A stretch of 20,000 nt of DNA from Rhizaria sp. SCN 62-66 (lineage: Eukaryota), in NCBI GenBank assembly GCA_001724265.1, contig MEDY01000183.1, forward strand, positions 50,663 through 70,662. Reading direction: 5' to 3'. The first letter of the stretch is position 1. Each line of letters opens with the position of its first letter. Made by a program: the position numbers and the translations under genes. Under the pieces are notes generated by a model, which saw only the letters and a list, made by a program, of their open reading frames with translations, did no database searches and was not told the origin of the DNA. Below are positions 1 to 10,346 of the stretch, one piece after another.

Positions 1-298
1 AGCACAGCACAGCTAGCAAAAGCATTCGTGTGAGGTAGCCGGATGATGTGGATGGTTTGTATAGTAGCACTCGTTCGAACTTTGTTTATTTCCAAATGTA
101 TACCAATAACACGATAATATTTAAGTCACCGTAATACACACATTTTATAGTGTTAGTTAGACATCAATTCACAACTGGCCTTTTTGTGACCGGCTAGTCG
201 ATCGTTTTCGGACAAACTTTGACTCTGTTTAAACTCAAATGCTGGTGGCAGCATATTACAGTACGGGCCTGTGCCGATCTGCCTCACGCGTCGACGGC

Positions 299-803
299 TC
301 ACGCGTCGACGACCCATACCCTGACTGCGGCGTCCCTCTCCATGCCGCCCGTGGCGAAGACGCGCCGGTTGGGGTGCACACCCAGCGCGAGCACCGAGTC
401 GCCCTGCGCGTGCAGCCGCCGCACCAGCACCTGCGAGTGCAGGTCCCAGGCCACGACGCCGCCGTCCTCGCTCGAGCACAGCAGCAGCGTGCGCGCGGGG
501 GCCGCGCAGTCGCGGTCGGGGATGCGCACGTCCACCGCCGCCACCGCCGCCACCGCCGCAGCGGCAGCAGGCGCAGGCGCAGCCGATGGAGCCGCCGCTT
601 CATCGGTCATAGCACTTCCAGCAGCAGCGGCGGCAACGATCGAAGCAGCAGTAGTCCCAGTAGCAGAGACAGGGGGACTGGCGCTAGAGCTGGCGATCGG
701 TGCAAAGCCGGAGCTCGAGCTCAGCGCGAGGTGAGTCTGAGCCGCGTTGCTCTTGCTGTTGGAGCTGGAACTGACGCGGCTGAGGCTGGCACTGCCAATA
801 ACA

Positions 804-849
<46 letters not shown>

Positions 850-1923
850 CCGAGAGCGGCTGCATGACGAGTCCCGTGACGGAGACGAAGCGGCGGTTGA
901 CGTGTCCCGCGTAGCCGCGCACGCACTGACCCGACTTGGCGTCCCACATGCGGACCATGCCGTCGAGGTAACCGGCGACGATGTAGGCGCCCGACTCCAC
1001 CCAGGCGGCGGAGACGACCGAGACGGGCCGCGAGAGGAAGAGGGTGCGCAGACAGAACCCCGTCGCCGGGTCCCACAGGCGGCACACGCCGTCGAGGCTG
1101 GCCGTAAGCAGCACGGTCGCGTCGGGCGAGAGAGCGGCCGCCGTGACGGGCTCCGAGTGCGCGTCAATCTGGCGCACGCACGCGCCCGTGCGGACGTCCC
1201 AGAGGCAGACAGACTCGTCGAAGGAGCCCGAGATGAGGAGGTTGCCCTTGGGGGAGAAGCAAACCGTCATGACGTAGTGCGAGTGGCCGCGCAACACGCG
1301 CACCGGGCGCTGCGCCGCGACGTCCCAGAGCCCGATGTAGGAGTCGTCCGAGGCCGTGGCCAGGTAGCGCGAGTCGGGGCTCCACGCGATGTCGTTGACG
1401 CCCAGGCGGTGCAGGCCATGTAGCACGCCCAGCGGCGCGCCGGAGGAGGCGTCCCAGAGACGCACAGAGAGGTCCGCCGCTGCGGCGCGGCGCGGGGCGC
1501 AAAGCACAAAGCGCGGGGAGAGAAGAGAGGAGCGCGCGGTCAGAGATGGAGGGAGAGAAAGCATAAGGATTGCGAGATATAATGAGTGGTAAGTGGCATA
1601 TAACACCAATAAAAAGAAATGACACGGGCACTAGCATCGCACGCATTGCACAAGCGATGCAACATTACAAGTGTTATTGGTGGCAAGGGGACATGGAGCG
1701 TACATGAAGTAGCAAGCATAGTGCCGTCGGGAGAGAAGCGAGCACTGGAGACAGCCTTTGTGTGTCCTTTGAGGGTCAGCGCGCAGCGGAACGTCGGGGG
1801 TGGGGGCTCTGGAAACGGGGCACCAACGGGCGCAGCCGGTGTGTGAAGCTGGGCGTGTCCTGTGATGGGAGAGGGTGCTGGCCTCGACATCGCTGGAGAG
1901 AAGGGGATGGCCGAGACTTCCAT
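299..1923 (-). CDS. WDR5: WD40-repeat protein, WDR5/Swd3 (COMPASS subunit)-like; two exons (1704-1923 and 299-1479), about 466 aa, TGA stop
   Basis: Splicing T|GTACGC...CCGCAG|CG joins the frames to give GHTKAVSSARFSPDGTMLATSSADLSVRLWD. Downstream blades GHSHYVMTVCFSPKGNLLISGSFDESVCLWD, AHSEPVTAA..SPDATVLLTASLDGVCRLWD and C-terminal SSEDGGVVAWDL..VLALGVHPNRRVFATGGMERDAAVRVW closely follow WDR5 motifs (recognised from memory, not searched). Confidence 0.88.
806..847 (-). repeat. (AGC)14 trinucleotide repeat encoding poly-Ser in an insertion of the WDR5-like protein
   Basis: Perfect (gct)14 on the + strand; translated as S14. Confidence 0.95.
1480..1703 (-). other. Spliceosomal GT-AG intron (224 nt, phase 1) in the WDR5-like gene
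   Basis: Donor GTACGC at 1703, long C/T tract, acceptor CCGCAG ending at 1480; removal restores the conserved ATSSAD motif in frame. Confidence 0.88.
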
Positions 1924-4821
1924 CTAGGAATTAAGAAAAGATTTGTGCACCTGATTAGTTATAATTTGAAATATAAGGGTATCCTGTTTCATTGTATGCA
2001 ATATCCTCAATTCACTGGTATTAACAGTCATAAAAGGCCACACAACCGATCATTGATCAACCCCTGACTGGTGTCGCGATAGTACTTCTCTAGTACTGAA
2101 TGGTTAATGTAAGAAATTTGCACATCTCAGGATCACCCGCCCATATGCAGAAAAACTGAATCGTGCTCCGTATCATCAATAAAACGTAGTGCATTGATTT
2201 CGTAATTCCTTGGGTGTATTGTTTTCTATCCGCTCGTAGCACGGTACACCTGTATGATATAATATACATTATACATTATACGAGTGCGAGTCCTCGCAAA
2301 CTGCCGTTGGAAATGTCGCACAACCTGAGATTGTAATGAGTGATTAGATTGTGGCAGTCCAGCGAATAGAGAGGTTAATGGTTACACAAAGAATTGGTGT
2401 GTTTCACTTCGACATTTGCATTCGCAAATTGAATGTGAGAAATATGTGCACGTATGCACGACTAAAAGCGCCAAATGAGCAGTTTACATTGACAGAATAC
2501 AATGTGGTGCACAATTGTTGCAAGTATAGGCGGCAATATGCAAGAGATGTTCCATATTGCGCACTTGTTGCTTCACTTAAAAATACACTGATAAGCAATT
2601 TGATGCGTTGAAATATCTTACACAGTGTTTAACTTGGCTTCGGCATAAAGTGGGGCTATAATTAGGCGGCAAAGGGCTTTACTCCAGCCCACGCGTGCAA
2701 GGTTCGTGCTTGGATGCTGAGGGAGTTGTGTTCTGCTGCTGTGCTGTGCTAGACACGCGGACAGAAAGAAAGAAAGGAGACTGGGAGCGGTGCTGGCCTT
2801 GAACAAAAAGAGCAGGATAGTTACGACGAGAAAGTACTCAAGGGGCGCACCGGAAAAGAAGACAGAGAAATACGACTAAGAGAGCGCGAGAATGAGGAGG
2901 ACGCGTTCACCGTCAGCGTACAAAAGAGATCTGGGGATGCGATGAAAAATGATGGGGGACGAGAAAAGAAAAATCGACAAAGAAAGCGATTGAGGGTTGG
3001 CGTTGTGTAAGTGGTACGTTCTCATCAGCAGAGCAAACGTGACTGCACGACGAAAAAAAAGACACACATAAAAGAAAAATCAAGTGAACCAACTTAAAGA
3101 AAAATCATCATGGTATTTGCAAGCCGCGAGTGCGCATCGGTACGAACTGTCAAACTCGGAAAAGCTCGGCAAAATCAACGTAAATCGAAGAAAAGGACAA
3201 CTTAAGGTCGCGCTTTTAAATATAGAATTATGACTGAGTAAGAAATTACAACAAGAAACAGGGAATAATAATAGAAGAGACTACTGCAATACAGAAAAGT
3301 AATGTGGGAATGAATACCGATTGCAAAATGGCACTTGGGAACAACACAACATATGAGGGATAAAAAGTACAGAAACCAGTTCAAGGACACAAATGAGTAC
3401 ACATCAAGTTACACGCAGAAGCACAGAAGCAAAGCAAAACACATTGCATCAAGTAAAAAACCAAACGTGTGGGTCATCACAAGTCTGTTATGCCCACGCG
3501 CATGAGAGTTGAGACTACAAAAAAGAGTTAGGGAGGCAAAGCATGTGCGTGCATTGAGTGAACAAGTTCATTGTAGACAGAAGTGAAGCGTGGCAGCACA
3601 TGTACAGCTGCGGCTGCACAGAAACTGGTGTGGAATCTAAAAAAAGAGAGGAGTAAAAAAAATATTAAAAAGAAGCCCACAATAATAAGGCCATAAAAAC
3701 ACACATCCAACAGAAAGACGTTGCGCTATACATATCGTTCATGTCGCTGATGCCACATAACCGTGGCATAATAATGTCGCAAACACAATCAACTAAATAG
3801 CAACAATATCAAAATGGTGAACAACTAATCAGCATTGAAAAGCCAAGAGCAAGAACATAGGTTCAACTGTTAATTTTAAACAACAAGTGGGTTCAACATT
3901 GCAGCTCTGAGTCGGTTGAGTCATGAAAGACTCGACGTGGTAAGAATGGGAGCAGAAGAATTTGAAAAAGAAACACTAGCAAATGCGCCGTGACAAGACA
4001 AACTATGTTGTTCAGCCATAAATGTTAAAAATAAAGCGTGTCCATGCGTTGCGATTCACAAACCTGGCGAAAAAACATTGACGCAAAAAATGACGTCGAT
4101 AACGACTTAGATAGGGATATGAGAAATACTAAGATTGGATGACACGGAACAACATCATCAGGAGAAGACAAACAAAGCACAGAGCAAATATAAGGTGCTG
4201 TAACCATCGATGGATGATAAACTAAGTTTAGCAAATAATACAGCACTTGATAAGACAACTTTACCGTGCGAGGAAACAAAGTAGGAAATAGTATATCAAA
4301 ATACTGTGCATATACTGCATTAGGGGCTTAATCAGAGCCGAAATGCTAGTCAAACAAAAAGACTTCACATATGAGCATAGAAAAGTGACACACCCACACA
4401 GAGAGCAGTCCAAACACAAACATGGATGCAACAAAGTATTCGGCAAGACACAAATCAATGTACACTCAGTTAGCGCAGTCACGATCAAACACATCATTAC
4501 TGAAAAAGTTGGTTCGCAGACAACTGAGTAGTGAAATTTCTCACTAGCATCATATCTTACGGTATCAAAACGCAAGGAATGCCTTAACGACCAGCATTCA
4601 TGTTACAAGTAACGGATCAACAGGGAGAATTTGATAATAAAAAGAACAAACGACAGACACACAAAGAAATGTTACAATCAAAAAAATATTCGACTTAAGT
4701 GAGAAAAAAAAAATCAACATAGAATGCATGCATACACACAAAAAAAAATAACAACACAGCGACAACGCTTGTCAAATGCAGCATGCTCAACTGATATGCA
4801 AACAATCACACGCTCAAAACA

Positions 4822-4914
4822 CTGTAAAACAAAAGTAGCAACATCTATCATATAATTTCTAGAGCAAATATCTGCTCAATGATCGGACGCTGACAGCAAA
4901 GGGTTCCAGCTTAC
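4822..4914 (-). other. Possible 93-nt terminal intron of the large Gln-rich gene
   Basis: The apparent TAA stop overlaps a consensus donor (TT|GTAAGC); an acceptor CTACTTTTGTTTTACAG ends at 4822. Splicing would give ...DWNFVLSV followed by TGA at 4806-4808. Confidence 0.35.
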
Positions 4915-5787
4915 AAATTCCAATCGCTTGAGGCCCGACTTACGTTGGCGCTGCTGAGATGTACGTCGCCCGCACGCCAAGTGCCCGCCTGTGAAGCCGC
5001 GCCCGAAACCGGCAACGGCTCGAGTCCTTCAATGCTGAGCCCGAGACTGAGCCCGCTGAGACCGACACCTGTGCCGTTTTCGGTTCCAGCTAACGCTGTG
5101 CCAGGATGTGAGTTGGAGTTGGAAATAGAGCCCAGTGGTGCAGTGCCAACCGCTGGTGCTGCGGTAGCTCCCGCAGATGCAGATGCAGACGCAGCAGCGG
5201 CGGCGGCGGCGGCAGCCTCGGAGGTGGCAGCGGCAGCATCTGCGGGTGACATGACAGCCAACATAGGCACTGGCATTGATGCGTGACTGGGGTGAACGTA
5301 GTCGCGGTTGGCACCGACGTGGCTGCTGTTGCTGTAGGTGCTCAGAACATTAGGCGGCGCTGAAAACGTTGTGGTTGACGCTGAGGCAGACGAAGGAAGA
5401 CTTGCATTGCTGTAGCCATTGTTGAATGAACCGCTGTGAATGTGTCCGTGAGACTGAACAGGGTAGTCGGAGACATGCTCGACGTTCTCATGTTGCGGAC
5501 GTAGAGTGTGTTGTTGCTGCTGGGTGTGATACTGCTAGTGCTGCTGCGGCTGCTGCTGAGGTGGCCACAGCTGCTGATGTTGCAGCTGATAAGGCGCGCG
5601 CTCGTGTTGCTGCGGAGACTGCATCTGCATCTGCTCCTGGCCATAGCTGGTACCTGTCTGGGAAAGCTGCTGCGGCGGATACTGATGTTGATACGCGTAA
5701 TCCTGATGTGGCTGTTTCGCTCTCCCATTGTGGGTACGCGGGCGTTTGTGCTGCTTTTGATGCTGTAATTGCTGTTGTTGTTGTTGC

Positions 5788-5819
<32 letters not shown>

Positions 5820-7134
5820 ATGGTACAAATGCTGATGTTGCTGTTGTTGTTGTTGCAGTTGTTGCAGCGCCAAAGGAGGCGTCGGCGGCGTTTTTGCATG
5901 CTGCTATTGCTGTTGCAACGGGTGGTGCAGCCCCGGCAGTTGCATATTCACCTGTGGCTGCTGTAGTGAGGACATGGGTGGCGGCAGACCCGGGGGCGGC
6001 ACAGCCGGCCCCTGCATCTGTGCATGTGTCTGTGACTGAGGGCTCAGTGTATCGGAATCGCGGAGACCGACCTTCTTGTCGTGCAGCGTCCTCTTACTGC
6101 GCTGAAACGCGCTCTTGGAGCCAGACGCGTTTGCACCCCCGCCCTGAGCATTGGAGACGCCTGAGCTGTTGCCACCGATGCCAGCGCCGGTGCTAAAGCC
6201 GGGGCCAGAGGTTGGACCGGGAAAGCCGCTGTTGACTCCGCTGACAAAGCCACCGATGCTGTTGCTGGCATACGGATAGGCAGCTTCGCCGCCGCCGACT
6301 CCTGCACTGGCGCTTGCGGCGGCGCTCGCGGCAGCCGCCGCAGCCACCACCGCTGCCGCGGAGACCAAAGCCGCGGCGCCGAAGATCGGGCTGTTGTGGC
6401 CGCCGCTGGAGCCCGCCGTCGCTGCGTCGGCGTTGGCGTTGGGGCCGCGCTGCGCCCTGGTCTGCGATTGCGCCTGTGGCGGCGGAGTGCGCCCTGCGCT
6501 CACCGTCGACTTGCGGCCGCGGGGACGACCGGCGCCGGGCCGCGCGCCGCCACGCCCGCGGGGGGGTTTCTTGTCCTGCTCGTCGCCCTCCTCTTCCTCG
6601 CCGTCGCCGCCGGAGTTGGCGGCGGCGGACGCGGCGGACGCGGCGGCGGCGGCGGTGGCGGTGGAGCGGCCCAGGGAGCGCATCTGCGGCGACGGGACTT
6701 GGGGCTGGAACGGCGACTGCGGGGGCTGCTCGGGCTGCAGCCGCTGCTTCGCCTGCTGGCGCTGCTGTTGCCCGTACGGAGACGGTTGAAAGCGCTGATG
6801 CTGCTGCTGTTGCTGTTGCTGCTGCTGCTGCTGCTGTGGGTAAGGCTGCTGCTGCTGGTTTGAGACGTCGCCGCTATAGCCAAAGTCGTCGTTGGTTGCA
6901 TTGCTGTTGTACGCGCCGTCGACGTCGTCCGCAGTGCTGTTGTCGTTGTAGTCATATGCACTGTTGTTGTTGCTGCTGGTGTTGCTGCCGTTAACAATAT
7001 TGTGGCTGTTATGGTTTGGGGAACGCAGATGGAGGCTGTTAGCGCAGTACGGCGGCGCCCCCTGCGTGTACGCGCCCGGTGCGTAGGCGCCAGGCCCGCC
7101 ACTGTTATTAGGGCTTCCGGCATACTGAGGCATG

Positions 7135-7187
<53 letters not shown>

Positions 7188-10100
7188 TTGTTGCTGTTGT
7201 TGTTGCTGTGGGCCGTACTGTTGCTGAAGATGGGTCTGGTGCGGAAACTGGTTTTGAGCTGGGCCGTAGACTGTGCCGGTGTTGATAGCGTTGCCATTGT
7301 TGAGATTGTTTCTAACACTGTGAACATGACTTACGTTTGCCTTCAGCTGCATTTGATCCTGGTGCTGGTAGTGTTTCTGCTGATGCTGCTGCTGTTGCTG
7401 TTGATGCAGGTACAGCGTTTGCGGCGGTGTGTCTCTCCCAGTCGGCGCAGACGTAGCAGCAGATGCGGCTCTCGGTGCAGACTCGCCCGACGGCGCCGCC
7501 AGCAGCGCCGCAGCAGCTGTGGCAAGAGCAGCCAGCCGGGGGCTCACAGTGCTGGGCTGGGCGCCGGCGCCGTTCGCAGCGGGGGCAGCGTCCATGGCCA
7601 CCGAGCTGCGCGGACTGTTCGTCGCGCTCACGTGCGCTAAGTGTGGCTTCGGCTGCAAAACCGGTGACGAGATCTTGGACTGAACCACCGGCGAGTACAT
7701 CGAGTCAACACCGCTCGCAGTGACAGCGCGCTCGAACGCGCTGACGTCTGCGAGCCCGCCGGCGCGGGACAAACCCTTCTGCACCACTGACTGTGCGCAG
7801 GGGCGGCTTAACTTTTCGATCTCGCGCTCGAGCCACGCCTCAGTGTGCTGACGCCACGACTGCGCATCGCCCCACATGTGCCCACCGTTCCCACTCGCAG
7901 AAGCACTCACATGCATGCTGTTGTTGTCGTCGCTCATTGCAATCACCGCTCCGTTGCCATTGCTACAAGCGCGAGCGGAGGACGCGTTGCTATCACCCGC
8001 GCTGCTGTGGGCAGTCGCGCTGCCGAGCTTGCCGCTGCTTTCCTCGTCGTCAAGTGCGCTCACAATCGCGCCGTTGGACGCCGACCTGTTTCCCAACGGC
8101 ATTGAGAACAACGGCGACGACGCACGTGTGCCCTGCGCTCGCGGCGTTGCAGACGTCATGTGCGCAGCAGCGACCCAGAAGGGCTGCGGAAGGAGCGCAA
8201 AGGCGGCGCCGGCCCCGTCCGCGGTCCTGGTCCCGTCGTCAAGTGATTGGGGACTGTGGGGCAAGAGCGGGGCAGCGCCGCTAAGCACGACGCGCATGGC
8301 GTGTTGCAGCGCGCCAACAATGGCGCACTGACAAGGGCTCGCTGCAGATGTTGATAGTGCTTGCTGTAGCTGCTGTGTGCCGGCGTTGCAACTTAAACAG
8401 CTGACAGTAGCACTGTTGTTGTTTAGCGCCGCGGGAGCTACAGAATCGGTTTGCTGCTGTTGTTGTTGTGGGACTTGAGAGAGAGACGCTAACATTGACT
8501 GTGAAAACGCCGCGGCAAACGCACCCTCTGAGGGAGTTCGAACCCCAATCGGGACACTGGGCAGGTAGCCGTCACGGGCAAGCGCGGCCTCGACCTCACC
8601 ACCGACGTGGTGTAAGTACCCCCTTAAACCCTCCGTAACCGCAGCGGCAAGCCTCTGTGCGTGGAACGCCGACAGGACCGACACGGACAGCGTGGCCACA
8701 GCTGAGCTAGCAGCAGCGGCAGCACATGGGCTGGCGGCATCGACAGCCTTGGTGGCGTTGGTAACGCCCGCACTGGACTCAGATGCATCGCCATCGTGTG
8801 AGCGTGACGGAGGCAGCGCCTGTGCGGACTGCTGTTGCAGCCACAGTGGCTGCGCAGACAGCATTCGCGCCTGTGCCTGTGCCTGTGCCTGCGACAGCGG
8901 CATCGCCTGCGACGACGACGACGACAACGACGACGACGGTGCCTGCGTTGGCGACGACACGTCGTCGGCGGCGGCCGCGTTGTCCTGGTCCTGGAAGCGC
9001 GCGTCGGCCAGCGCGCAGTTGAGCCGCTTCTGCGCGCCCGTCAGAGCGGCACGCGCGCGCTCGGCGACCTCGGCAGACACGGACACGGACAGGGACGCGT
9101 GCGCGGTCGCAGTGGCGGCGGCGGCGCGCTGGCTCGGCCGGAGCCTCCGCCGGGTCTGCGGTGACGACGTGGTCGTGACTGTGGGCGCGGCTGTGGCGAT
9201 GGCAGGAGAAGCGGCGGCGGCGGCGGCGGCGGCCGGGAAGGTGATCACGGAGCCTGCGATTGCGGCGGCAAGCGACGGGATGAACGACACGGACATGGCG
9301 GTGGCGACGGGCGTGGACACCGAGGTCGACGCGGACGTAGTGGACGCGGTGTGGTGCACGGCGGGCGAGGCGACCGTGGGCAGTGGGATGCCAGTGAGCG
9401 AGGGCGTGGCCGTGGGCTGCACGCACAACGAGAGCCCGGTCCCAGCACTAACGCTGGCGCTACCAGGAACGGGGTGGCACAGCGTAGAGCTGCCGCTGCC
9501 CACAGCGGCCGGGGCGGCGTCGCCGCTCGCGCGCTGGCTCGCGCGGGCACTTGCGCTGATGTTGATATTAAAGTTCGCGTTGGCCGCCGCTTGAGCCACA
9601 TTTGCAGTGCCGCCGCTGCGGTGGTCGTCGAAGAAGCGGAAATCGTCCGATTCGAGGCTCCCCAGCACGACAGTCGTTTGGCTATCGCCGGCCTCAGCGC
9701 TCACGCTCGCGCTCGCGTTAGCCGGTTGGTTCGCGTGTGAGTCCCCACCAGTACCGTGGCTGAAGCTCGTGACGGCAAGGGCCGCAGACGAGGCTGCCGG
9801 GGGTCGCTGTTGTTGCGAGTGCGACCGCGGCCACATCGGCTGCTGCAGCTGGTCGTTGTTGGGGGAGGGCTGCGGCTGACGCGCGTACGGCAACGCGGCA
9901 GCAGCAACCTCACTCGTCGTCGCCGTGCCATGAATGACTGCGGCGTTATGATATCCGTTCAGACTAACTCCAGCGCTCGCAAACCTGTTACCGCCGGCGT
10001 TGCTGATCAGCGCCAAAAACAACCCTGTCGTCGCCGCAGCCGTGCCCGCCGGGGCCCGCGCCGAGTCTGTGGGGGCCGGACCGGCGGCGTCGAGCGGCAG

Positions 10101-10346
10101 CAGCGGCAGCGGGGCGGGAGCGTGGGGCGCGTGCGCGGCCCACGGCGGCGACGGCTCGGGCGATGGGTCCAGGCCTGGCAGCCGGGCGTTCGCGGAAAGG
10201 GTGCGCGGGGCAGCCGAGGCGGTGGCAGCGGCTGCAGCGGCGGCAACGGCGGCAGCGGCGGCGAAATTGGCCGAAACGTTTGCATTGGTCGGGGAGGTGG
10301 CCTGGCCAACGAGGGGCGCTCCAGGGGTAGCGTCTTGATGTGACAT
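4911..10346 (-). CDS. Large low-complexity Gln/Ala/Ser-rich protein with an AT-hook-like motif, putative nuclear regulator; about 1811 aa if two in-frame TAGs (5904-5906, 5535-5537) are read through, 1480 aa (5904-10346) in the standard code
   Basis: First in-frame ATG at 10346 (MSHQDATPG). The GC-rich frame is open for 1480 codons and continues in the same phase past two TAGs to TAA at 4911-4913 with unchanged composition. Contains poly-Q runs and KKPPRGRGGARPGAGRPRGRKS. No globular family recognised; exact 3' end uncertain. Confidence 0.7.
5769..5819 (-). repeat. CAG/CAA repeat encoding Q17, located between the two in-frame TAG codons
   Basis: (ctg/ttg)n run in the same frame as the upstream 1480-codon ORF. 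Confidence 0.9.
7137..7208 (-). repeat. CAG/CAA repeat encoding Q24
   Basis: (ctg)n/(ttg)n run on the + strand, translated as GP-Q24-RMP. Confidence 0.95.

Noticed and set aside
239-1423. 394-aa plus-strand ORF and other long antisense or alternate-frame ORFs (for example 5426-6196, 8692-9594, 13493-14305, 14921-16024)
   Set aside because: Shadow ORFs of GC-rich, repeat-rich minus-strand genes; no recognisable motifs.
1480-1609. Hydrophobic, signal-like N-terminus of the 436-aa ORF 299-1609
   Set aside because: It is translated intron sequence; the real N-terminus comes from exon 1704-1923.
2351-4575. Short 60-104 aa ORFs in the AT-rich spacer
   Set aside because: Phe/Leu/Cys- or Lys-rich translations simply reflect base skew; codon usage is unlike the real genes and no homology is recognisable.
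5895-5910. TMV-type readthrough signal UAG-CAR-YYA at the in-frame TAGs
   Set aside because: Both TAGs are followed by CAG, but the next codons (CAT, TAT) do not fit YYA; only the generic leaky +4 C context applies.
8530-8548. GTTCGAAC tRNA T-loop/B-box-like motif
   Set aside because: Stem is imperfect, no cloverleaf can be built, and it lies inside a long coding frame; no suppressor tRNA was found in this window.
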